Of a stretch of 64,000 nt of DNA, positions 1 through 13,080 are shown piece after piece (the stretch's first letter is position 1; every line of letters starts with the position of its first letter). The notes below the pieces were generated by a model. The model searched no databases. It saw nothing but the letters and a program-made list of their open reading frames with translations, and was not told the origin of the DNA. This stretch comes from Camelus dromedarius (taxonomy: Eukaryota): contig NC_087436.1 in NCBI RefSeq assembly GCF_036321535.1, forward strand, positions 59,956,001 to 60,020,000, written 5' to 3'. The position numbers were made by a program, and so were the translations under genes.

Positions 1-599
1 TGCATCATTTCCCCTTGTTCATCTGGCCACTGATGGTCTGCACCAGCACCTGCTGCTGAGGTGGCCATGACCCATTGTCTACTCTCCCTCAGCACCATCA
101 AGGCCCAGTGGCTCTTCTTGCCAACTATATGTCAGCTCTGGCTTTGCTGGCTCTGGGAATTCTGGAAGACATTGCTACAACTTCCATTATTACTCCAGCT
201 ATGATATATTGCCAGAGAGCAGATGTTTAATGCAGCTCATGACAGCAACACAGCACAGGCTTTTCATATTTTCCACTTCCCCAAATCATCTTTTCCTCAT
301 TGTTGGAATGCATGTGTTCCACAAACTAAAAGAAGGCATAAGAAAACATGTGATGACAATAGAAAGAGTGTTTGGAAAAGCTGGAAAAGACACCATTCAA
401 GTCTAGGACTTGCCTTGTTATAGTTTCTTATTATTCCATCTAATGTGTGATTATGCCAGGTGAAATGCATGTTCAAAAGTTTTTAAAAAAAAGACTAAAT
501 AAAAATTGGTAGTTGGTACTCTATTATTAGTTTATGTGAAGGTGACTCAGAAAAGAGCAATGTTAATTTTTAAATCTCAAAAATTTCTTTTAAAAAACT

Positions 600-1563
600 C
601 CATTTCACATCATACTTCCTGATTTTAAACTATATTACTATAGTTTTGTACTAGTAATTAGCACAGTATGATACTGGCATTAAAACAGATACACGGATCA
701 ATAAAACAGAATAAAGATCCCAGAAATAAAACTACACACATATGATCAATTAATTTACCATACACAAAACTTGAATCAAAACTAATTAGACTTAAATGTA
801 AGACCTGAAATCATAAAATTCCTAGAAGAAAACATAGGCTATAAGCTCCTTGACATGGGTCTTGGTGATGAATTTTTAAAATTTGACACCAAAAACAAAA
901 GCAATAAAAGCAAAAATAAACAAGTCAGACTACATCAAGCTAAAAAGCTTCTGAATAGAAAAGGAAACCATCAACAAAATGAAAAGGCAATCTACTGAAT
1001 GTAAGAAAATATTTGAAAATCTTATATATAATAAAGAGCTAATCTACAAAATATATAATAAACTCATACGTCTCAACATCAAAAAAGCAAACAATCTGAT
1101 TAAAAATTGGCAGAAGATCTGAATAGACTTTTTTTTCAAAGAATACCTACAGATGGTCAACAAATACATGAAAAGATGCTCAATATCATTAATCGTCAGA
1201 CAAATGCAAATCAAAACCAGAATGAGCTATCACCTCATACCTGTTAGAATGGCTACTATCAAAAAGACAAGAAATAACAAATGTTGGTAAGGATGTGGAG
1301 AAAAGGGATCCCTCATACACTGTTGGTGGGAAAGGAAATTGGTGCAGTCCCTATGGGAAACAGTATGGAGGTTCCTCAAAAAATTAAAAATAGAACTACC
1401 ATATGATCCAGCAATTCCACTTCTAGGTATTTATTTAAAGAAAATGAAAACACTAACTCAAACAGATGTATGCACTCGCATTTTCATTGCACCATTATTT
1501 ACAATAACCAAGATATGAAAACAACCTAAGTGTCCATCAATGGATGAATCAATAAGAAAATAC

Positions 1564-1597
<34 letters not shown>

Positions 1598-1830
1598 ACA
1601 GAATATCATTCAGCCATAAAAAAGAACGAAATTTTATAATTTGTGACAAATGGATCGGCCACCAAGACATTATGCTAAGTGAAACAAGTTGGACAAAAAA
1701 AGACAAACATTATCCCTTTTATGTGTAAAATCTGAAAAAAAAAAGTTCATAGATACAGAGAATAGATTACTGGGGTTGGGTGGGAGAAATGGATAATTTT
1801 TTTTAGTTTAAATAAATTGATTAAAAATAT
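600..1830 (+). mobile_element. LINE-1 (L1M, L1MA/MB-type), 3' part of ORF2 plus 3' UTR, decayed, with an internal deletion near 758
   Basis: Typical L1 ORF2 text: catacttcctgattttaaactatattac, gacttaaatgtaagacctgaaa, caaatgcaaatcaaaacca, ggatgtggagaaaaggga, atatgatccagcaattccacttctagg, caacctaagtgtccatcaatggatgaat. Confidence 0.93.
1567..1596. repeat. (AC)15 microsatellite inside L1
   Basis: Perfect AC run read directly. Confidence 0.95.
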
Positions 1831-4800
1831 ACCCTATAATACAAAAATACTTTCATATACTTTTGCTATTTAGAGACCATTTAATATTTTTATTGATCTC
1901 AATCTCATTTCAGGTAATAAGGAAATAAATACCTTAAAGAATAGAGTAAGCATAAAGTTGTAAAATGTATGATACTATTGGTAATGGAATATTTTGCTGT
2001 GTATTCTAGGATATATTTATTCCATTTCATTTATTTCTGCCTTCATATGTCCTCTAAGAACTCCTTCAACATCACATACTATGTTCCAATGTGAATGAGC
2101 ACATCTAAAGGAGAAATGTTTAAATTCCAGCATACTGTGAGATTAATAAACCATGTAAATCTGACATTACTACAGATGCAGGGCATTAATTGCCTTTAGA
2201 TGCAGATTTAATCTCTATGTCCCATGAAAATTTAGTTACCATTTTTGAGACGGTAAGAAAATTGCTAAGATAAAATTGTTTCTCTACTCAGTGTACACCT
2301 TAGTAGTCATAACATTAATACTTAGTTCTACAAAGCAAATGTTTTGAATATTCAAGTATGGTAATCAGTGTTAGGCTAGCCCACCCAGTATCAGTAACAA
2401 AGGTATCATAACTGCCCCCATTACATCTCCAGCCAGCATCCTGCTATAATTTAGGATAGAACTGGAACTAATACATGAGAAAAACAATCAGAAAGTAACC
2501 GCGGTAATAATGGCTCGGGTACAATCATTAAGAAATCAGTGGCCAGGAAGAGGCAAAATAAAAGGTTAATCTCTAAAATTGTTCTTAATCGAAGGTTTAC
2601 TCTTTCAGGTTAAAGAAGGTGTTTGGCTTGAGGCAAATCAAGTTACACATAGTTACGATAATAATGTTTTTTTTTTAAAGCTTGCAGTTGTAGTTAGGGG
2701 AAAAGATAATTCAATCCCTGGCTTTACTCAGTAGAGCTTTCTTATGTCTGACTTGTAGCTGGTGAATGTCTTGGCAAACTTCAGTTCTTTTTAAAGGATA
2801 TATACTAATACATTGTTCTTGTTTTTATTTGGTGCTTATTCCTCCACCCTGGTGCTATAAAGACTTAAGTTCTTCTGGAATATTAATTAACAAAAGAATT
2901 TCTGCCCTTCATATATCTAAATCTTCTAGGAAGGCAATGTGGAGTAAAGGGTAGCCTTTTGTTTAGATGTTAGAGGAAATAATGAGCTGCTTTATGTTGT
3001 GACAAGAGTATATCACTATTACATCTCTTTTCACACACACATATGCACTGATACACTCATGCACATGCATATGTGCAAACATGCAGTGGCAAAATATATA
3101 ACTCCCAAACTCTTCTACAATTGGAATTCCTAGCAAAGGCTTAATCCTTTGAATTTATGAAATACATATATGCACACACTATATATATGTATATATACAT
3201 ACACCACCCACATATATGTATAGGCAACATACATATAACAGAATATTTAAAAATGCAAACTTTTTAAAAAAGCAATACATTAAATCAGTATATGCTAATG
3301 TTTTAACAAGGTTGTTTAGTAAGCTTCAAGACACTATGTACTTCGAAATTAGTTACAGTATTTGACAGAAGACAATCAACTGCTAAGATAAAGTTATTTC
3401 TATAGACAATGAGCATAAGTGTTTAATTATGTTAAAATCAGGTCTATGTTTTAAAAATATAATAATATGAATTATAATTAGGCTAGATCACCCAGTTACC
3501 AGGAAGGAAAGTACAAAGCTGTCTCCATTACATCTGATACTGTGGTGGAACACTGTGAAGGAAACAGTCAAGAAAAAACTGACAACAATGGCCCATCACC
3601 ATCCCCTAGAAGTCTCACAACATCCTGAGGCTCAGAATTGATGGTTTTAAATAGGAGAATGTAAGGAAACATTTAGCATATGCTCCTTTCTTGAAGGAGA
3701 GGAGGCCCAAGGATACATCACAGAGAAAATTTAGAGATTTCCTACATAAGAAAAAGTCTAAATGATTCAAAATGTAAAGGGAAGAAAGCTAAAATGCGCA
3801 AAATAGCACAGTGAGGTTCATCTAGGTTTAAAAAAAATAGTGTGAGGTTTAACTAAAGAAAAAAAATCCAGAAAACTTCAATTGTAATAAAAAAGATTGT
3901 TGAATAACAGTTATAAGGTGTAGGTCTATAAGGTATAGACAAGACACAGATTGATTAGATAGATAGCTGGATCAAATTTTATCCCTCCTTTACTAATTAT
4001 TATCAGTTAGCTCCTGGAAAACCTTGTTCCTTCCATTTCCCGGTACAACTGCTTTTTTGAAAGACAAGTTCAGTGTCCTCCACTGTAACATATTTTGCAT
4101 AAATCTTAAAAATTATATTCCTGGTCAGTGACCCAATCCAAAGTTTAATAATCAATTAATTGTATTAAACATCAACAGTACAAAATGAAACCAAATTCAC
4201 ACATAAATTAACATATAAGCACCTCATTTGTTTCTATATAGACACATTATATTGTCTCTCACATTTTTCCACTCTTTATTTTCAGGGTTCTATCTATGTT
4301 TATGCTGAAGAAAGTTACCTTAAATCTACATAAAATAAAATTGGCTTTTTTCTCCATGAGTTGTCAAATGTTTGCTTTAAAAAAAGGGAAATTATATTTT
4401 AAAAGTAGGTTTTCTGTGGAAGCAAACATATTCCTAATTAATCATTGAGAATTAGCCTTTACATTTGTTCCTGGCTTTCATAGTGAGGGGTCCCAAAAAG
4501 AAGTGACAAGATGGGGGAATATACACAAAATATGTCTTATCTTTTTCCTTTTCTATTTTTTGGAAACAAATACGTAACAATTCTCCATGCAGAAAAAATA
4601 AATGCAGAGACTAACAATCACAGTTTGAAATTTGATAGATGAACGTTTTTCTTCAAATAATGTTTGGACAGTATAGAGTCCTCTATCATTCTTCATGATT
4701 TGCCCTTTCCTTTCATTTATGTCTTTTATTCTTTCCTTTTTTCCATTTTCTAAGGGACAAAGGAAGGAGATAAAGAATAATGGTATAACTTACAATATAT

Positions 4801-5522
4801 GTCTTTTTTTCAGTTTTGTTCTGAGCCATTATGTTTTTATTGCTTTGGGATACAGGGAAGAGATAATCGCTGCTGTTTTATAAAACAGCAGTCTAAAGAA
4901 CAAAACTAGTGTGTTCTTTCATACTTGGATTTTATTTCTATGTACAAATCCACATTCCTGCATACTTCATTTAATTCTTCAATTTTCTTGTTCAATGTCA
5001 AAATTGTGCATAAAATATATGCAGTAAAATCATGAAATAACTACTTAAAGATTTCATTTTAAGAAACAAGAGAGTTGGAAAAAGAGTGTATCAACAAACC
5101 TATCCATCTACCTGTTAAGAACAGAACCAAATCACTGGTAACAAGCTACCAAAGAATATTCAGTGTTAAAAAGCGAGAGGCAACTTGAGTGAAACACAGA
5201 ATACAAAGGGAATTTAACAATGATTGTTATATTTCAAAGTTCATATTTAAATACTGATAAATATTGAATTTACATTAATGAAAAAAATTGTGGAGTGAAT
5301 AATATAAGCCAAGGGCAGAGGTGCTTAATAAACCTCTAAAAACACAAATAGAAAAAAATATAAGTGGTTTTTATTTTACTTACATTCTTTCATGGCATGA
5401 AAAAATATTTCCTAAACTCTCTTTCTTATAACCATAAACAACTAACCAGAAAAAAATGGTATTTTCTGATGATCACTGACTTGCTTTAGATTGATGCTAT
5501 CTTTTTAGGAATAATCTCTTTC

Positions 5523-5697
5523 TGTTGCCAGTAGATTAACTGGTGTCCACATTCTTGTCCCGCCCCAGAAAGAATTTAGAGACAAGATGCAGAGGTTAAG
5601 AAAGCAAAGTGAGGATTTATTAAGGGGTAGACCGTACACTCTCAAGGGGAGAGCGGGCAGGCTCAGGTGAGCAGCTGCCCTAAATTCCTCTGGCAAG
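5523..5697 (-). mobile_element. ERV LTR 3' fragment (R/U5), truncated
   Basis: Abrupt GC/CpG-richer segment. On the minus strand it ends in ...CAACA with AATAAA about 90 nt upstream (plus-strand tttatt near 5615), an R-U5-like layout. Confidence 0.55.
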
Positions 5698-8589
5698 TAT
5701 AGGTCTGAGCAAGGCACAGAGTGGAAGCTGAGAAAAAACCAAAATGACCCTTTGTTCCTAAAAGAGACAGGGAAGTGGAATTTCAAGACACAGCTTAAGT
5801 GCTATTATAGAGATAAGATCAAAGCACTGTGGAAGCAGAGAAGGAAAGTAGTCCTACCCAGAGGGTTAAGAAAGGCTAAGGTATACTAACTGGAATCTCC
5901 CAACAAGTAATTTTTGAGCATCTAGCATTTGCACGAAACTCTTTACCACCGGTTTTGAGAATGGAAGCTCAGAGACATTTAATAATTTGTTGAGAATGTC
6001 AATTCACTTCACCATGTCATGATATGACAACATCTGCCCTTGCAGTATTAGTGGAAGGATTTTTTAAAAATGCCTATCACTGTGCCCAATGCCAAAAAAA
6101 ATTCAGCAAATTTTACCGTCATTATAGCTTAATTTATCATTATAGTCAATATTGGATGATCATTGTATAGTTTAAATTGACCATACTACACTGTAAAAAA
6201 CTATGGAGTGCATCTTATATTCTGTCCTTTTTCCGCCTCTATTTAAGATCTATCATATGTATATACACATGTATATCACATATATATATAAACTCTATCT
6301 GTAAATATATATACAAATAAACTACACCAAATCACCATTAGTTTCAATCATTAGCAATTACATTGAGAATTTTCTAAGTAAAGACTTGAAGAAATGAGAT
6401 AGATAATGACAGTGGTCAAGGGACACTTTAATATAAATGATATAATTTTGCAATAGATGAAGAATAGACACTTTAAAAGTTAATGGGTGCAAGTAAGGAC
6501 AGGTATGAATTAAGCAAGGTTTGTTAAAAACTAGAATGCTCTGTAAAATCTCATGATATATAGCAGAATGCCCATAGCTAGGAATGTAAAACGTAATACA
6601 TAGAAAACCAGAGTCTTATTAAATTATGGCATCAGTATCAATTTGGAATTTCCAAAAATAATCTTCACATTTTTTTCCAGTCATCCACACAAAGATCCAC
6701 GGCTATCCCAAGAATATATCAGATTATGAGAGGCCTTCTTCAAAATAAACTGCAATACATTTGCATTAACAGAAACAAATATTATCTGAATACGACTATA
6801 AGACCAAAAAAATTCTTTCAGAGAAATTATATTACATAATTTTAATATATATTGAATTGAAAAATTCACAGAATTTAGGAAACAAGTTTGTGAAAATCTT
6901 GAAAGACATAAATCCAATTTTAAGAACAACATGAGAACTTTTCCCCTTACATCCAAAGCTCCAGGATAAAGCATCCAGGAGAAGAAAGAATAAATACGGC
7001 TGTTTTCACAACACTAATCTCATGTTGAACGAGCATTTCAGTACATGCTTTGTAATGTCTGAGCACAGCATTTTTCATGTGATTTATTTTTCTAAATGTG
7101 TTAGACCTCTTATCAAAATTTTATTATAGTCACACAACAATGGAAGACGATTAACTGTATAAAGTAATAAAATCTTAAAACTTGGATTGCTATGTATCTA
7201 GGTTTTATTTCCTATAGGCAATTACATTTTCACTTAAAAATTATACCCCCGAGAGAAAATTTTAGAATGAGAATTGTTTCTTTTTTAAAAAATTTCATTA
7301 GATAATCCTGTACAGAGTTTAAGAATAAAAATTGATAAGGACTATTATTGCATACATCTTCTGAGAACCAAATAATTCAAATAATTTTAGCAGAATATTT
7401 ATTTAGCTCCTCTTACGTTCAAAGTGCTGTGCTATTTAGAGAACATACACCTCAAAAAAATTCTAAAATGATTCATCTTCAGCTTTAAAGATGTCATATT
7501 TTGTTTTAAATGTTTATATGTTGTGAAATACCCTGCTTAACATATATAGTAGATTCTTGGGCCTGAGATTGTTCAAACAAACCTAAAGAGTTTTCTATTA
7601 GATAAATATGTGGTTCTTCTTTCATTAGCTACTATCAATAATCATAGCAGTCAACTGAAAGTTAATCAAGTTGGTAAATTTAAGTTTATTTCTATAAAGC
7701 TATCTACCTTGAGATTTAAAAAAAATTAAGTGTAGGTAAATTGGTAAGGCATTATTTTGTAAGAATATTTAGATAAAATATAACTGTAGGCTACTCAGAT
7801 ATAATTTGAAAGGGCCAAAAATATATTTAGAAAAAGGTATTCCTAATTGTGTTTCTTCCATTTCATGAGGCTATTTTAAAAAATACTTTCCCAAACAACA
7901 CCACACTAAAGCTTAGAAACTTATGCCAAGTAGGCATATATCTTATATTTCTGAAATATTTGCATTTTTCAGAGCCATATTGAGAGCAATCGTTTCCATT
8001 GGCATTTTCCTATCATGTCATAGTGAATAGTAGCTCAACTGTCAAAGAAAGTATTAAAATGCATCTAAAGGGCAACCTGGTTGACAACCCAAAGCAAAAA
8101 GAAATAAGTGCAGACAAATGAGAAGCAATTATTCTTAAGTCAAAGGACACAATTTACTTGCTAAAACATAATCCTCTAAATTTGACAGTGTTTATGACCC
8201 CTGGATTAACACAGTTTCATTTTATATCAACAGATATGAATATCATTAATTACTAGGATCTAACATCTCTATGGCATTTTAAAGACCAGAAACTTAAGTG
8301 TGTAATAACTAGCTACTTAGCCAATATTCTATTATTATGAAATCTTTTATCTTTTCCAAGTGAAATTCCTATGAATATCAAACACACTTATCATCATCAT
8401 TAAGAATAAAATGATTTAAAAATGAACTTTTAATGAAGGTCAGGAAAGGTACAACAGAATAAATTCCTCTTCAATACTTAACTTTTTTTCTTTTCATATT
8501 AAGGTCTATAAAGAAAAATGATTTTACCTACTAAAATTGAAAAAAGTGGAAACCCTTCATAAACTTACATATTATACTTGTTCTATTCT

Positions 8590-8690
8590 TTTTTTAAAAA
8601 TTGAGATATAATTGACATAAAAACACCGTATTAATCTCTGTATACAAAATAATGACTTGATATTTGTATATACTGTGAAATGGTCACTAC
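8590..8690 (-). mobile_element. L1MA-type 3' terminal fragment
   Basis: ttttt...attgagatataattgacata...ataatgacttgatatttgtatatactgtgaaatggtcactaca matches the reverse of an L1MA 3' end. Confidence 0.7.
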
Positions 8691-10939
8691 ATAGACATAC
8701 CTTTTCTTTATATTTGCCATATTCTACTACTGATATGATTTTAATTTTTGTTTATTTGCTTTTAGGAAGAATTAGATATCATCTTTCTTTGTTTGCTAAT
8801 TATTGTCACTATATATATCTTACTTACAAATTCATAAAACTTTGAAACATTTCAGGGCTACTATTAATTTCTTATGATTAGTCTGATTTTAGAAGTCATA
8901 TAACGTATTTTCTCCAAAATATGTCTTCACATGTTATGACAAAAATATTTATTTATTGATTTATTTGTTTACATGCTTGTTTGGCTGGTTTCTTAGCTGC
9001 TTCTCTTTCAAATCTACATTTCTCTACGCTTTAAAGCTATATCCAGGTAAAGTGACATCAACATTAATTAAAACAAAAGATATGGAAAAAGTACACAAAA
9101 CTCCTTTTATTTTCATTTATTTTCTCTCTTGTTATACAAATCACACATACAAGCCCAGAACTTGGATCAATCATAGACCAACTATCTGGAGCTTCAAAAT
9201 ATTATTAGAGACTAGCAATTCAGAATTAACCTACTGCATGATGTATTCACAGAGATGATTTCTAGTATGAAAAAAAGAGAGGGAAGATTAATGTGGCCTT
9301 TAAACACCAGGAACTTGTTGATTACAAATTGAAAAAGGGCCAAAGTGGTGAATGGAACAGAAGAAACCATTAATAGGAAAGAAATGTTACATGCAGTATT
9401 TTTAACTTTTGAATCTAATTGTTCTTACAAATGACTGATCTGTCCTTAGCTGCTTTTTGAATTAATTTGAAAGGAGGTATAACTAATGGCTCAGTCATAG
9501 AATAGTCTAAATATTCCTTTTAGAGAGTGCCCAAAACTTCAAGGGGTAATGGGACATGAAAAGTCATACTTTTATTAATCTATTTTTTTTTTTGCCATTA
9601 AGATCTGACAAGAATTCTGCTACTGAATTTATGATACCATTTTGATTAATTTGTTAGAATGAGAATTGAAATAACTTTAGCAGGGTAATCAAGACATCAT
9701 ACAAGCTTAGGTAAAGAGATGGAGTGAAAAAAACAAAGGCAAGACCATTATATAATTTGCATATATCAACATGAATGCAGAGCCATATTGAAAAACAAGA
9801 GATAAGTCTGTGAAGGGAAATGAAGAGTTTGATTTCAAGCATGAGTAACTGGATGTCCCAAATTTCATCATATATGCAACAGTTTTTTGCTAAGTATTAA
9901 ATAGCTAGTAAATGGGATAAGTAGAGCAGTAGGGAGGACAACATTTCATGTTGAGAGGCATTAAATAAATGTCTTTGTAGTTCCTGAATAAGAAGTAAGG
10001 TGCTTTTTCTCTAGGGAATTCGACAGACATACATTTAGTACCTGCACCTTGCACATAGTAGGCACTTAAAACACAGTATCAAATTAACTTTGTGGAACCA
10101 AAGCATGGATTCAGCCATAGGGTAATAACGCCTTAAAATCTGACACTAACGTTTATATTTCATAGCTAACTTTATTTTTAGAAATATAGGAATTATGTAT
10201 TGATACAAAATTTCCTAATAATTAGCACTTAAACAGTTATTACATAATCATTGACTCATCACTTGCAGAAAGACTCGAACACATCATTAGAGTTAAATCA
10301 ATGTAAAAATGTAAAATGTAAAAAAGTTTTTAAAAATATTTTAGGAGAAAATGATGCCTAATTTTCACCTTTGTCTTGATTTCTGCCTTTGTTTAAAGAC
10401 TTTAAGTGGTACTACTATTACATATGACCCGTAAAACAAAATAAGACTTGTAAATATTTAAAACAGATATAAAGTTTTTTTTATCTACTTTAATTCTTTT
10501 TGTGATGCAAATATGAAGATATTAAGAATATGAGGCATGATACCATCATTTTATGAAAAAATTCATCTTTTGTTACAGAACAGATAAGACTTAGAATTTT
10601 TATCATCTAAAATTCACTGCATCTGTTTACACTGAAATAATATTAAACGAGACAGTTGTTGATGGAATAATCACACCCAGTCACTGATTTGAAATGAAGG
10701 CAGTAGGCTTCATAACTTTTACTTCAACCTGTATTATATATCAGGTTTTATGAATATGTTCTCAACATAAACCTTCTCAAAAGTGTTAATATTCTGAATA
10801 TAACAAGATTATTGTAAATAATGGTGCTTTGGCCTTTTTTTAAACTGTCTATTAATATAAATCAAAATACACATTAAGGCTTAAATATACCACTTATATA
10901 AAAACTCATGTATAGTATTATGTGCTATTAGATAGTATT

Positions 10940-11378
10940 TGTTGTATCTGTGAAAAACAAATACTATCTATTTTCCTCCCCTCCCCTCCATCACTATATT
11001 AATACAGTATTAATACAGTATATTTTCTGATTCCACTGAATTTGAACTTATCCCATGAGACATGCTGTAACCAGTGGAATGTGGACAGAAGTGTCAGAGT
11101 GCTAGTTTTCTATGTCTTCTTCAAGAGACATTTCATGATTCCAACTCACCATCCTGTACTCCAATGCCACCACAAGAACATGTCCTGGGTAGCTGTCGAG
11201 GCCAGAATGAGGAGACAGGTATACCAGACCCACATCCGATCCTCAGTCAAAGCCAAGTTAAGCTTCTTTAGTTGATTTCAGGAAGCAAAGCAGAACCACA
11301 GCTGACCCTTACACTAGTGAGCTCTGAGGTATACAGTTGTTTACTTTGCAACATTAAAGCAACAAAACTGACTAGTAT
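10940..11378 (+). mobile_element. ERVL-MaLR solo LTR (old MLT1, I/J-like)
   Basis: ccatgagacatgctgtaaccagtggaatgtggacagaagtg, aacatgtcctgggtagctg, and a 3' end ...ttgtttactttgcaacatt...aaactgactagta. Confidence 0.7.
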
Positions 11379-12929
11379 TATATCTTAGGATTTGTATTTT
11401 TCTCCGGCTTGATACAGATTTTTCTTTATTCTAGCTCTAATTTCTTATAACATTTCATATATTTCTGTGATGCTACTTCTAATTGGTTGTAGAATACAGC
11501 AAGGTTAAAAAAAAACCCTACATTTTAAATTAAGCATTAAGTATCTTTCATGATTAAACAATCAATTGCCATAAAAATGCTACAAAAGTTCCCTCAAATA
11601 GTTTGTAAAAGAAAATTATTTAAGACAACATTAGAAAAAATTTTGTATCTTGAGTATATGGGTAATGTGTGCTTCTTCTTAGTTATGATGAAAATGTAGT
11701 AAGAAAAAATACGCTTTATATACCCAGTGTATATTGATTGATAGTTCTTGCTTTGTCTTCTTATGAAGTACAATATAGGAATTTTCTCTTCTTTGCATGG
11801 TATCATGTTAACTGACACTCATACCTATCGTGCTAAGTGAAATTTGATCAAAGCAAGAACACAGTTCCAATAAGCATGGATTTTGGTTGCTATGGAACTA
11901 TGCAAAATGAGACCTGCTGGTGTTACCGACACGTTTCAGTTAGTAAAGAGTAACTGTGCATTATTTTTACTTTTAGAATTTTGAGATTGTTGCCTTTCTA
12001 GAAGTCATAATAAATAAATAATGATTCATACTGGTCTTTCTTCAATTCTTTGCATTTGATGACTTTTTCTTTCTTTGGGGTTTCCCTATTTAGTTTCAAT
12101 CTATTTCAAGGAAAATATTGATTGACTTAATCATGGTTGATTACACCCAGTGGAGTTTGACCGATACATTCACTCAAAAGTTAACCAGAGGAACTCGTAA
12201 ACATTTGGAAAAATGAAAATCAGTCACTCCTCAGTTTATGAGTACAAATCAATTCTAATAAATACAATCTTTTCACATTTTATAAACAGTGAATATAGGA
12301 AATCTACTGATAAATTTATTGCTTTCAATTTCATTTGAATCTGTAGGTCAACATTCCATATTGAAGGCCTTTGCCTTAAATTTCAAATCCTCAATACAAA
12401 TACTATTGAGCAAAATAATTTCACGTATAAATTTTTCTATTTTCTTCTTTTTAATAAATCTGTCACAGATCACTTTCTGAAAAGAACACAATGATTCTCT
12501 GATGCTTTTCAAACTACCCTTCAATAGTTCTGTCACTATCACCATAGGAACTGAGGCCATTCTATCAAGTTCTTTAATTGTGTCTTCAAGTGGAATCTAT
12601 CATGCTTTCATTGAGTCACTCTGAATCTGTGTTACCTAAATTATGTTCCAGCAGTTTTGTTAAAGTTACATTATGAAATAGGTCCTATTTATTCTTTGAG
12701 AGGTTTCTGTTTATTTTTAAACTTTGAGCAGATAACCACATTAAAACATTTTTGCAAAAGATATTATTTGAATGGATTTCTTTCCTGGTGAAAATTAAAA
12801 TGTGAATTGATCTTAGTTAATTTTAATGGTAGACTGTCTTTCAGCAATAAAAGCAGAGGTTTGATTTGCCACCTCCCAATTTTATTCCACTGCATCAAGG
12901 GCCTAATAATTATGGAAATAAGCTACTTA

Positions 12930-13080
12930 CCATATAGAACCCCAAACTGAATAACTGCGTGCACTTTAAAGTTTGGTTCCTCAACCTCTATATCTATAAA
13001 ATAATAATAACTGTCTTATATTTAAAACTGTCACTAAAAATAAATGAGAACAATACATTAACTATAAATCATTGTTCATT
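12930..13080 (+). mobile_element. MIR SINE fragment
   Basis: ttcctcaacctctatatctataaaataataataactgtc...aataaatgagaacaatac resembles the MIR core and 3' part. Confidence 0.45.

Noticed and set aside
6681..6974. 97-aa minus-strand ORF and a plus-strand ttttttccag acceptor-like site
   Set aside because: No resemblance to CCSER1 or another protein I know, no convincing donor, and the plausible exon frames hit stops.
8521..8550. Minus-strand ttttagtag|gtaaaa recursive-like junction
   Set aside because: The donor GTAAAA is weak and expected by chance in AT-rich DNA.
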